From: Nemertoderma westbladi
Taxonomy: Eukaryota > Animalia > Xenacoelomorpha
Reading direction: 5' to 3'
NCBI GenBank assembly: GCA_032718475.1
Contig: JAUCBJ010003901.1
Coordinates: 5,531 to 69,530, forward strand
DNA length: 64,000 nucleotides
The notes beneath the pieces were generated by a model. That model was not told the origin of the DNA and did no database searches. It saw nothing but the letters and a program-made list of their open reading frames with translations. A program made the position numbers and the translations under genes. Positions 1 to 15,000 of the stretch are shown here, one piece after another. Within the stretch, counting starts at the first letter, position 1. Each line of letters begins with the position of its first letter.

Positions 1-3000
1 CCCTACTGTTTATCTGATATACTGTTTGTTATACAAATATCGGATATCGGTAGGCCCTACTGTTTATCTGATATACTGTTTGTTATACAAATATCTGATA
101 TAGGTAGGCCCTACTGTTTATCTGATATACTGTTTGTTATACAAATATCGGATATAGGTAGCCCTACTGTTTATCTGATATACTGTTTGTTATACAAATA
201 TCGGATATAGGTAGGCCCTACTGTTTATCTGATATACGGTTTGTTATACAAATATCGGATATAGGTTAGGTAGGCCCTACTGTTTATCTGATATACTGTT
301 TGTTATACAAATATCGGATATCGGTAGGCCCTAATGTTTATCTGATATTCTGTTTGTTATACAAATATCGGATATCGCTAGGTCCTACTCTTTATCTGAT
401 ATACTGTTTATCTGATATACTGTTTGTTATACAAATATCGGATAGGTAGGCCCTACTGTTTATCTGATGTACTGTTTGTTATACAAATATCGGATATAGG
501 TAGGCCCTACTGTTTATCTGATATACTGTTTGTTATACAAATATCGGATATAGGTAGGCCCTACTGTTTATCTGATATACTGTTTGTTATACAAATATCG
601 GATATCGGTAGGTCCTACTGTTTATCTGATATACTGTTTGTTATACAAATATCGGATATCGGTAGGCCTTACTGTTTATCTGATATACTGTTTATCTGAA
701 ATACTGTTTGTTATACAAATATCGGATATAGGTAGGCCCTACTGTTTATCTGATATACTGTTTGTTATACAAATATCGGATATCGGTAGGCCTTACTGTT
801 TATCTGATATACTGTTTATCTGATATACTGTTTGTTATACAAATATCGGATATAGGTAGGCCCTACTGTTTATCTGATATACTGTTTGTTATACAAATAT
901 CGGATATCGGTAGGCCCTACTGTTTATCTGATATACTGTTTGTTATACAAATATCGGATATCGGTAGGTCCTACTGTTTATCTGATATACTGTTTGTTAT
1001 ACAAATATCGGATATCGGTAGGCCTTACTGTTTATCTGATATACTGTTTATCTGATATACTGTTTGTTATACAAATATCGGATAGGTAGGCCCTACTGTT
1101 TATCTGATATACTGTTTGTTATACAAATATCGGATATAGGTAGGCCCTACTGTTTATCTGATATACTGTTTGTTATACAAATATCGGATATAGGTAGGCC
1201 CTACTGTTTATCTGATATACTGTTTGTTATACAAATATCGGATATCGGTAGGTCCTACTGTTTATCTGATATACTGTTTGTTATACAAATATCGGATATC
1301 GGTAGGCCTTACTGTTTATCTGATATACTGTTTATCTGATATACTGTTTGTTATACAAATATCGGATATAGGTAGGCCCTATTTTTTATCTGATATATTG
1401 TTTGTTATACAAATATCGGATATCGGTAGGCCCTACTGTTTATCTGATATACTGTTTATCTGATATACTGTTTGTTATACAAATATCGGATATAGGTAGG
1501 CCCTACTGTTTATCTGATATACTGTTTGTTATACAAATATCGGATATCGGTAGGCCCTACTGTTTATCTGATATACTGTTTATCTGATGTACTGTTTGTT
1601 ATACAAATATCGGTAGGCCCTACTGTCTATCTGATATACTGTTTATATGATATACTGTTTGTTATACAAATATCGGATATCGGTAGCTACTGTTTATCTG
1701 ATATACTGTTTGTTATACAAATATCGGATATCGGTAGGCCCTACTGTTTATCTGATATTTTGTTTGTTATACAAATATCGGATATAGGTAGGCCCTAATG
1801 TTTATCTGATATACTGTTTATCTGATATACTGTTTGTTATACAAATATCGGATATAGGTAGGCCCTACTGTTTATCTGATATACTGTTTATCTGATATAC
1901 TGTTTGTTATACAAATATCGGATATAGGTAGGCCCTACTGTTTATCTGATATACTGTTTGTTATACAAATATCGGATATCGGTAGGCCCTACTGTTTATC
2001 TGATATTCTGTTTGTTATACAAATATCGGATATAGGTAGGCCCTACTGTTTATCTGATATACTGTTTGTTATACAAATATCGGATATAGGTAGGCCCTAC
2101 TGTTTATCTGATATACTGTTTGTTATACAAATATCGGATATCGGTAGGCCCTACTGTTTATCTGATATACTGTTTGTTATACAAATATCGGATATCGGTA
2201 GGCCCTACTCTTTATCTGATATACTGTTTGTTATACAAATATCGGATATCGGTAGGCCCTACTGTTTATCTGATATACTGTTTGTTTAACAAATATCGGA
2301 TATCGGTAGGCCCTACTGTTTATCTGATATACTGTTTGTTATACAAATATCGGATATTCCCTACTGTTTATCTGATATACTGTTTGTTATACAAATATCG
2401 GATATCGGTAGGCCCTACTGTTTATCTGATATTCTGTTTGTTATACAAATATCGGATATAGGTAGGCCCTACTGTTTATCTGATATACTGTTTGTTATAC
2501 AAATATCGGATATTCCCTACTGTTTATCTGATATACTGTTTGTTATACAAATATCGGATATCGGTAGGCCCTACTGTTTATCTGATATACTGTTTGTTAT
2601 ACAAATATCGGATATCGGTAGGTCCTACTGTTTATCTGATATACTGTTTGTTATACAAATATCGGATATCGGTAGGCCTTACTGTTTATCTGATATACTG
2701 TTTATCTGATATACTGTTTGTTATACAAATATCGGATATAGGTAGGCCCTATTGTTTATCTGATATATTGTTTGTTATACAAATATCGGATATCGGTAGG
2801 CCCTACTGTTTATCTGATATACTGTTTATCTGATATACTGTTTGTTATACAAATATCGGATATAGGTAGGCCCTACTGTTTATCTGATATACTGTTTGTT
2901 ATACAAATATCGGATATCGGTAGGCCCTACTGTTTATCTGATATACTGTTTATCTGATGTACTGTTTGTTATACAAATATCGGTAGGCCCTACTGTCTAT

Positions 3001-6000
3001 CTGATATACTGTTTATATGATATACTGTTTGTTATACAAATATCGGATATCGGTAGCTACTGTTTATCTGATATACTGTTTGTTATACAAATATCGGATA
3101 TCGGTAGGCCCTACTGTTTATCTGATATTTTGTTTGTTATACAAATATCGGATATAGGTAGGCCCTAATGTTTATCTGATATACTGTTTATCTGATATAC
3201 TGTTTGTTATACAAATATCGGATATAGGTAGGCCCTACTGTTTATCTGATATACTGTTTATCTGATATACTGTTTGTTATACAAATATCGGATATAGGTA
3301 GGCCCTACTGTTTATCTGATATACTGTTTGTTATACAAATATCGGATATCGGTAGGCCCTACTGTTTATCGGATATTCTGTTTGTTATACAAATATCGGA
3401 TATAGGTAGGCCCTACTGTTTATCTGATATACTGTTTGTTATACAAATATCGGATATAGGTAGGCCCTACTGTTTATCTGATATACTGTTTGTTATACAA
3501 ATATCGGATATAGGTAGGCCCTACTGTTTATCTGATATACTGTTTGTTATACAAATATCGGATATTCCCTACTGTTTATCTGATATACTGTTTGTTATAC
3601 AAATATCGGATATCGGTAGGCCCTACTGTTTATCTGATATTCTGTTTGTTATACAAATATCGGATATAGGTAGGCCCTACTGTTTATCTGATATACTGTT
3701 TGTTATACAAATATCGGATATTCCCTACTGTTTATCTGATATACTGTTTGTTATACAAATATCGGATATCGGTAGGCCCTACTGTTTATCTGATATTCTG
3801 TTTGTTATACAAATATCGGATATAGGTAGGCCCTACTGTTTATCTGATATACTGTTTATCTGATATACTGTTTGTTATACAAATATCGGATATAGGTAGG
3901 CCCTACTGTTTATCTGATATACTGTTTGTTATACAAATATCGGATATCGGTAGGCCCTACTGTTTATCTGATATTCTGTTTGTTATACAAATATCGGATA
4001 TAGGTAGGCCCTACTGTTTATCTGATATACTGTTTGTTATACAAATATCGGATATAGGTAGGCCCTACTGTTTATCTGATATACTGTTTGTTATACAAAT
4101 ATCGGATATAGGTAGGCCCTACTGTTTATCTGATATACTGTTTGTTATACAAATATCGGATATAGGTAGGCCCTACTGTTTATCTGATATACTGTTTGTT
4201 ATACAAATATCGGATATAGGTAGGCCCTACTGTTTATCTGATATACTGTTTGTTATACAAATATCGGATATAGGTAGGCCCTACTGTTTATCTGATATAC
4301 TGTTTGTTATACAAATATCGGATATAGGTAGGCCCTACTGTTTATCAGATATACTGTTTGTTATACAAATATCGGATATAGGTAGGCCCTACTGTTTATC
4401 TGATATACTGTTTGTTATACAAATATCGGATATCGGTAGGTCCTACTGTTTATCTGATATACTGTTTGTTATACAAATATCGGATATCGGTAGGCCCTAC
4501 TGTTTATCTGATATACTGTTTGTTATACAAATATCGGATATCGGTAGGCCCTACTGTTTATCTGATATACTGTTTGTTATACAAATATCGGATATCGGTA
4601 GGCCCTACTGTTTATCTGATATACTGTTTGTTATACAAATATCGGATATCGGTAGGCCCTACTGTTTATCTGATATACTGTTTGTTATACAAATATCGGA
4701 TATCGGTAGGCCTTACTGTTTATCTGATATACTGTTTGTTATACAAATATCGGATATAAGTAGGCCCTATTGTTTATCTGATATACTGTTTGTTATACAA
4801 ATATCGGATATCGGTAGGCCCTACTGTTTATCTGATATACTGTTTGTTATACAAATATCGGATATCGGTAGGCCCTACTGTTTATCTGATATACTGTTTG
4901 TTATACAAATATCGGATATAAGTAGGCCCTATTGTTTATCTGATATACTGTTTATCTGATATACTGTTTATCTGATATACTGTTTGTTATACAAATATCG
5001 GATATCGGTAGGCCCTACTGTTTATCTGATATACTGTTTGTTATACAAATATCGGATATAGGTAGGCCCTACTGTTTATCTGATATACTGTTTGTTATAC
5101 AAATATCGGATAGGTAGGCCCTACTGTTTATCTGATATACTGTTTGTTATACAAATATCGGATATCGGTAGGCCCTACTGTTTATCTGATATACTGTTTG
5201 TTATACAAATATCGGATATAGGTAGGCCCTACTGTTTATCTGATATACTGTTTGTTATACAAATATCGGATATCGGTAGGCCCTACTGTTTATCTGATAT
5301 ACTGTTTGTTATACAAATATCGGATATCGGTAGGCCCTACTGTTTATCTGATATACTGTTTGTTATACAAATATCGGATATCGGTAGGCCTTACTGTTTA
5401 TCTGATATACTGTTTGTTATACAAATATCGGATATAGGTAGGCCCTACTGTTTATCTGATATACTGTTTGTTATACAAATATCGGATATCGGTAGGCCCT
5501 ACTGTTTATCTGATATACTGTTTGTTATACAAATATCGGATATAGGTAGGCCCTACTGTTTATCTGATATACTGTTTGTTATACAAATATCGGATATCGG
5601 TAGGCCCTACTGTTTATCTGATATACTGTTTGTTATACAAATATCGGATATCGGTAGGCCCTACTGTTTATCTGATATACTGTTTGTTATACAAATATCG
5701 GATATCGGTAGGCCCTACTGTTTATCTGATATACTGTTTGTTATACAAATATCGGATATAGGTAGGCCCTACTGTTTATCTGATATACTGTTTGTTATAC
5801 AAATATCGAATATAGGTAGGCCCTACTGTTTATCTGATATACTGTTTGTTATACAAATATCGGATATCGGTAGGCCCTACTGTTTATCTGATATACTGTT
5901 TGTTATACAAATATCGGATATCGGTAGGCCCTACTGTTTATCTGATATACTGTTTGTTATACAAATATCGGATATAGGTAGGCCCTACTGTTTATCTGAT

Positions 6001-9000
6001 ATACTGTATATCTGATATACTGTTTGTTATACAAATATCGGATATCGGTAGGCCCTACTGTTTATCTGATATACTGTTTGTTATACAAATATCGGATATC
6101 GGTAGGCCCTACTGTTTATCTGATATACTGTTTGTTATACAAATATCGGATATAGGTAGGCCCTACTGTTTATCTGATATACTGTATATCTGATATACTG
6201 TTTGTTATACAAATATCGGATATAGGTAGGCCCTACTGTTTATCTGATATACTGTTTGTTATACAAATATCGGATATCGGTAGGCCCTACTGTTTATCTG
6301 ATATTCTGTTTGTTATACAAATATCGGATATCGGTAGGTCCTACTGTTTATCTGATATACTGTTTATCTGATATACTGTTTGTTATACAAATATCAGATA
6401 GGTAGGCCCTACTGTTTATCTGATATACTGTTTGTTATACAAATATCGGATATAGGTAGGCCCTACTGTTTATCAGATATACTGTTTGTTATACAAATAT
6501 CGGATATAGGTAGGCCCTACTGTTTATCTGATATACTGTTTGTTATACAAATATCGGATATCGGTAGGTCCTACTGTTTATCAGATATACTGTTTGTTAT
6601 ACAAATATCGGATATCGGTAGGCCTTACTGTTTATCTGATATACTGTTTATCTGATATACTGTTTGTTATACAAATATCGGATATAGGTAGGCCCTACTG
6701 TTTATCTGATATACTGTTTGTTATACAAATATCGGATATCGGTAGGCCCTACTGTTTATCTGATATACTGTTTATCTGATATACTGTTTGTTATACAAAT
6801 ATCGGATATAGGTAGGCCCTACTGTTTATCTGATATACTGTTTGTTATACAAATATCGGATATCGGTAGCTACTGTTTATCTGATATACTGTTTGTTATA
6901 CAAATATCGGATATCGGTAGGCCCTACTGTTTATCTGATATACTGTTTATCTGATATACTGTTTGTTAAACAAATATCGGTAGGCCCTACTGTCTCTCTG
7001 ATATACTGTTTATATGATATACTGTTTGTTATACAAATATCGGATAGGTAGGCCCTACTGTTTATCTGATATTTTGTTTGTTATACAAATATCGGATATA
7101 GGTAGGCCCTAATGTTTATCTGATATACTGTTTATCTGATATACTGTTTGTTATACAAATATCGGATATCGGTAGGCCCTACTGTTTATCTGATATACTG
7201 TTTGTTATACAAATATCGGATATAGGTAGGCCCTAATGTTTATCTGATATACTGTTTATCTGATATACTGTTTGTTATACAAATATCGGATATCGGTAGG
7301 CCCTACTGTTTATCTGATATACTGTTTGTTATACAAATATCGGATATCGGTAGGCCCTACTGTTTATCTGATATACTGTTTGTTATACAAATATCGGATA
7401 TAGGTAGGCCCTACTGTTTATCTGATATACTGTTTGTTATACAAATATCGGATATCGGTAGGCCCTACTGTTTATCTGATATACTGTTTGTTATACAAAT
7501 ATCGGATATCGGTAGGCCCTACTGTTTATCTGATATACTGTTTGTTATACAAATATCGGATATAGGTAGGCCCTACTGTTTATCTGATATACTGTTTGTT
7601 ATACAAATATCGGATATCGGTAGGCCCTACTGTTTATCTGATATACTGTTTGTTATACAAATATCGGATATCGGTAGGCCCTACTGTTTATCTGATATAC
7701 TGTTTGTTATACAAATATCGGATATCGGTAGGCCCTACTGTTTATCTGATATACTGTTTGTTATACAAATATCGGATATAGGTAGGCCCTACTGTTTATC
7801 TGATATACTGTATATCTGATATACTGTTTGTTATACAAATATCGGATATCGGTAGGCCCTGCTGTTTATCTGATATACTGTTTGTTATACAAATATCGGA
7901 TATCGGTAGGCCCTACTGTTTATCTGATATACTGTTTGTTATACAAATATCGGATATAGGTAGGCCCTACTATTTATCTGATATACTGTATATCTGATAT
8001 AGTGTTTGTTATACAAATATCGGATATAGGTAGGCCCTACTGTTTATCTGATATACTGTTTGTTATACAAATATCGGATATCGGTAGCTACTGTTTATCT
8101 GATATTCTGTTTGTTATACAAATATCGGATATCGGTAGGTCCTACTGTTTATCTGATATACTGTTTATCTGATATACTGTTTGTTATACAAATATCGGAT
8201 AGGTAGGCCCTACTGTTTATCTGATATACTGTTTGTTATACAAATATCGGATATAGGTAGGCCCTACTGTTTATCAGATATACTGTTTGTTATACAAATA
8301 TCGGATATAGGAAGGCCCTACTGTTTATCTGATATACTGTTTGTTATACAAATATCGGATATCGGTAGGTCCTACTGTTTATCTGATATACTGTTTGTTA
8401 TACAAATATCGGATATCGGTAGGCCTTACTGTTTATCTGATATACTGTTTATCTGATATACTGTTTGTTATACAAATATCGGATATAGGTAGGCCCTACT
8501 GTTTATCTGATATATTGTTTGTTATAAAAATATCGGATATCGGTAGGCCCTACTGTTTATCTGATATACTGTTTATCTGATATACTGTTTGTTATACAAA
8601 TATCGGATATAGGTAGGCCCTATTGTTTATCTGATATACTGTTTGTTATACAAATATCGGATATCGGTAGCTACTGTTTATCTGATATGCTGTTTGTTAT
8701 ACAAATATCGGATATCGGTAGGCCCTACTGTTTATCTGATATACTGTTTGTTATACAAATATCGGATATCGGTAGGCCCTACTGTTTATCTGATATACTG
8801 TTTATCTGATATACTGTTTGTTATACAAATATCGGTAGGCCCTACTGTCTATCTGATATACTGTTTATATGATATACTGTTTGTTATACAAATATCGGAT
8901 AGGTAGGCCCTACTGTTTATCTGATATTTTGTTTGTTATACAAATATCGGATATAGGTAGGCCCTAATGTTTATCTGATATACTGTTTATCTGATATACT

Positions 9001-12000
9001 GTTTGTTATACAAATATCGGATATCGGTAGGCCATACTGTTTATCTGATATACTGTTTGTTATACAAATATCGGATATAGGTAGGCCCTAATGTTTATCT
9101 GATATACTGTTTGTTATACAAATATCGGATATCGGTAGGCCCTACTGTTTATCTGATATACTGTTTGTTATACAAATATCGGATATCGGTAGGCCCTACT
9201 GTTTATCTGATATACTGTTTGTTATACAAATATCGGATATAGGTAGGCCCTACTGTTTATCTGATATACTGTTTGTTATACAAATATCGGATATCGGTAG
9301 GCCCTACTGTTTATCTGATATACTGTTTGTTATACAAATATCGGATATCGGTAGGCCCTACTGTTTATCTGATATACTGTTTGTTATACAAATATCGGAT
9401 ATCGGTAGGCCCTACTGTTTATCTGATATACTGTTTGTTATACAAATATCGGATATCGGTAGGCCCTACTGTTTATCTGATATACTGTTTGTTATACAAA
9501 TATCGGATATCGGTAGGCCCTACTCTTTATCTGATATACTGTTTGTTATACAAATATCGGATATCGGTAGGCCCTACTGTTTATCTGATATACTGTTTGT
9601 TATACAAATATCGGATATCGGTAGGCCTTACTGTTTATCTGATATACTGTTTGTTATACAAATATCGGATATAGGTAGGCCCTACTGTTTATCTGATATA
9701 CTGTTTATCTGATATACTGTTTGTTATACAAATATCGGATATCGGTAGGCCCTACTGTTTATCTGATATACTGTTTGTTATACAAATATCGGATATAAGT
9801 AGACCCTATTGTTTATCTGATATACTGTTTGTTATACAAATATCTGATATCGGTAGGCCCTACTGTTTATCTGATATACTGTTTGTTATACAAATATCGG
9901 ATATAGGTAGGCCCTACTGTTTATCTGATATACTGTTTGTTATACAAATATCGGATATAGGTAGGCCCTACTGTTTGTCTGATATACTGTTTGTTATACA
10001 AATATCGGATATCGGTAGGCCCTACTGTTTATCTGATATACTGTTTGTTATACAAATATCGGATATAGGTAGGCCCTACTGTTTATCTGATATACTGTTT
10101 GTTATACAAATATCGGATATAGGTAGGTCCTACTGTTTATCAGATATACTGTTTGTTATACAAATATCGGATATCGGTAGGCCTTACTGTTTATCTGATA
10201 TACTGTTTATCTGATATACTGTTTGTTATACAAATATCGGATATAGGTAGGCCCTACTGTTTATCTGATATACTGTTTGTTATACAAATATCGGATATCG
10301 GTAGGCCCTACTGTTTATCTGATATACTGTTTATCTGATATACTGTTTGTTATACAAATATCGGATATAGGTAGGCCCTACTGTTTATCTGATATACTGT
10401 TTGTTATACAAATATCGGATATCGGTAGCTACTGTTTATCTGATATACTGTTTGTTATACAAATATCGGATATCGGTAGGCCCTACTGTTTATCTGATAT
10501 ACTGTTTATCTGATATACTGTTTGTTAAACAAATATCGGTAGGCCCTACTGTCTCTCTGATATACTGTTTATATGATATACTGTTTGTTATACAAATATC
10601 GGATAGGTAGGCCCTACTGTTTATCTGATATTTTGTTTGTTATACAAATATCGGATATAGGTAGGCCCTAATGTTTATCTGATATACTGTTTATCTGATA
10701 TACTGTTTGTTATACAAATATCGGATATCGGTAGGCCCTACTGTTTATCTGATATACTGTTTGTTATACAAATATCGGATATAGGTAGGCCCTAATGTTT
10801 ATCTGATATACTGTTTATCTGATATACTGTTTGTTATACAAATATCGGATATCGGTAGGCCCTACTGTTTATCTGATATACTGTTTGTTATACAAATATC
10901 GGATATCGGTAGGCCCTACTGTTTATCTGATATACTGTTTGTTATACAAATATCGGATATAGGTAGGCCCTACTGTTTATCTGATATACTGTTTGTTATA
11001 CAAATATCGGATATCGGTAGGCCCTACTGTTTATCTGATATACTGTTTGTTATACAAATATCGGATATCGGTAGGCCCTACTGTTTATCTGATATACTGT
11101 TTGTTATACAAATATCGGATATCGGTAGGCCCTACTGTTTATCTGATATACTGTTTGTTATACAAATATCGGATATCGGTAGGCCCTACTGTTTATCTGA
11201 TATACTGTTTGTTATACAAATATCGGATATCGGTAGGCCCTACTGTTTATCTGATATACTGTTTGTTATACAAATATCGGATATAGGTAGGCCCTACTGT
11301 TTATCTGATATACTGTATATCTGATATACTGTTTGTTATACAAATATCGGATATCGGTAGGCCCTGCTGTTTATCTGATATACTGTTTGTTATACAAATA
11401 TCGGATATCGGTAGGCCCTACTGTTTATCTGATATACTGTTTGTTATACAAATATCGGATATAGGTAGGCCCTACTATTTATCTGATATACTGTATATCT
11501 GATATAGTGTTTGTTATACAAATATCGGATATAGGTAGGCCCTACTGTTTATCTGATATACTGTTTGTTATACAAATATCGGATATCGGTAGCTACTGTT
11601 TATCTGATATTCTGTTTGTTATACAAATATCGGATATCGGTAGGTCCTACTGTTTATCTGATATACTGTTTATCTGATATACTGTTTGTTATACAAATAT
11701 CGGATAGGTAGGCCCTACTGTTTATCTGATATACTGTTTGTTATACAAATATCGGATATAGGTAGGCCCTACTGTTTATCAGATATACTGTTTGTTATAC
11801 AAATATCGGATATAGGAAGGCCCTACTGTTTATCTGATATACTGTTTGTTATACAAATATCGGATATCGGTAGGTCCTACTGTTTATCTGATATACTGTT
11901 TGTTATACAAATATCGGATATCGGTAGGCCTTACTGTTTATCTGATATACTGTTTATCTGATATACTGTTTGTTATACAAATATCGGATATAGGTAGGCC

Positions 12001-15000
12001 CTACTGTTTATCTGATATATTGTTTGTTATAAAAATATCGGATATCGGTAGGCCCTACTGTTTATCTGATATACTGTTTATCTGATATACTGTTTGTTAT
12101 ACAAATATCGGATATAGGTAGGCCCTATTGTTTATCTGATATACTGTTTGTTATACAAATATCGGATATCGGTAGCTACTGTTTATCTGATATGCTGTTT
12201 GTTATACAAATATCGGATATCGGTAGGCCCTACTGTTTATCTGATATACTGTTTGTTATACAAATATCGGATATCGGTAGGCCCTACTGTTTATCTGATA
12301 TACTGTTTATCTGATATACTGTTTGTTATACAAATATCGGTAGGCCCTACTGTCTATCTGATATACTGTTTATATGATATACTGTTTGTTATACAAATAT
12401 CGGATAGGTAGGCCCTACTGTTTATCTGATATTTTGTTTGTTATACAAATATCGGATATAGGTAGGCCCTAATGTTTATCTGATATACTGTTTATCTGAT
12501 ATACTGTTTGTTATACAAATATCGGATATCGGTAGGCCATACTGTTTATCTGATATACTGTTTGTTATACAAATATCGGATATAGGTAGGCCCTAATGTT
12601 TATCTGATATACTGTTTGTTATACAAATATCGGATATCGGTAGGCCCTACTGTTTATCTGATATACTGTTTGTTATACAAATATCGGATATCGGTAGGCC
12701 CTACTGTTTATCTGATATACTGTTTGTTATACAAATATCGGATATAGGTAGGCCCTACTGTTTATCTGATATACTGTTTGTTATACAAATATCGGATATC
12801 GGTAGGCCCTACTGTTTATCTGATATACTGTTTGTTATACAAATATCGGATATCGGTAGGCCCTACTGTTTATCTGATATACTGTTTGTTATACAAATAT
12901 CGGATATCGGTAGGCCCTACTGTTTATCTGATATACTGTTTGTTATACAAATATCGGATATCGGTAGGCCCTACTGTTTATCTGATATACTGTTTGTTAT
13001 ACAAATATCGGATATCGGTAGGCCCTACTCTTTATCTGATATACTGTTTGTTATACAAATATCGGATATCGGTAGGCCCTACTGTTTATCTGATATACTG
13101 TTTGTTATACAAATATCGGATATCGGTAGGCCTTACTGTTTATCTGATATACTGTTTGTTATACAAATATCGGATATAGGTAGGCCCTACTGTTTATCTG
13201 ATATACTGTTTATCTGATATACTGTTTGTTATACAAATATCGGATATCGGTAGGCCCTACTGTTTATCTGATATACTGTTTGTTATACAAATATCGGATA
13301 TAAGTAGACCCTATTGTTTATCTGATATACTGTTTGTTATACAAATATCTGATATCGGTAGGCCCTACTGTTTATCTGATATACTGTTTGTTATACAAAT
13401 ATCGGATATAGGTAGGCCCTACTGTTTATCTGATATACTGTTTGTTATACAAATATCGGATATAGGTAGGCCCTACTGTTTGTCTGATATACTGTTTGTT
13501 ATACAAATATCGGATATCGGTAGGCCCTACTGTTTATCTGATATACTGTTTGTTATACAAATATCGGATATAGGTAGGCCCTACTGTTTATCTGATATAC
13601 TGTTTGTTATACAAATATCGGATATCGGTAGGCCCTACTGTTTATCTGATATACTGTTTGTTATACAAATATCGGATATCGGTAGGCCTTACTGTTTATC
13701 TGATATACTGTTTGTTATACAAATATCGGATATAGGTAGGCCCTACTGTTTATCTGATATACTGTTTGTTATACAAATATCGGATATCGGTAGGCCCTAC
13801 TGTTTGTCTGATATACTGTTTGTTATACAAATATCGGATATCGGTAGGCCCTACTGTTTATCTGATATACTGTTTGTTATACAAATATCGGATATAGGTA
13901 GGCCCTACTGTTTATCTGATATACTGTTTGTTATACAAATATCGGATATAGGTAGGCCCTACTGTTTATCTGATATACTGTTTGTTATACAAATATCGGA
14001 TATCGGTTGGCCCTACTGTTTATCTGATATACTGTTTGTTATACAAATATCGGATATCGGTAGGCCCTACTGTTTATCTGATATACTGTTTGTTATACAA
14101 ATATCGGATATAGGTAGGCCCTACTGTTTATCTGATATACTGTATATCTGATATACTGTTTGTTATACAAATATCGGATATCGGTAGGCCCTACTGTTTA
14201 TCTGATATACTGTTTGTTAAACAAATATCGGATATCGGTAGGCCCTACTGTTTATCTGATATACTGTTTGTTATACAAATATCGGATATAGGTAGGCCCT
14301 ACTGTTTATCTGATATACTGTATATCTGATATACTGTTTGTTATACAAATATCGGATATAGGTAGGCCCTACTGTTTATCTGTTATACTGTTTGTTATAC
14401 AAATATCGGATATCGGTAGGCCCTACTGCTTATCTGATATACTGTTTGTTATACAAATATCGGATATCGGTAGGCCCTACTGTTTATCTGATATACTGTT
14501 TGTTATACAAATATCGGATATCGGTAGGCCCTACTGTTTATCTGATATACCGTTTGTTATACAAATATCGGATATCGGTAGGCCCTACTGTTTATCTGAT
14601 ATACTGTTTGTTATACAAATATCGGATATCGGTAGGCCCTACAGTTTATCTGATATACTGTTTGTTATACAAATATCGGATATCGGTAGGCCCTACAGTT
14701 TATCTGATATACTGTTTGTTATACAAATATCGGATATCGGTAGGCCCTACTGTTTATCTGATATACTGTTTGTTATACAAATATCGGATATCGGTAGGTC
14801 CTACTGTTTATCTGATATACTGTTTGTTATACAAATATCGGATATCGGTAGGCCCTACTGTTTATCTGATATACTGTTTGTTATACAAATATCGGATATC
14901 GGTAGGCCTTACTGTTTATCTGATATACTGTTTGTTATACAAATATCGGATATCGGTAGGTCCTACTGTTTATCTGATATACTGTTTGTTATACAAATAT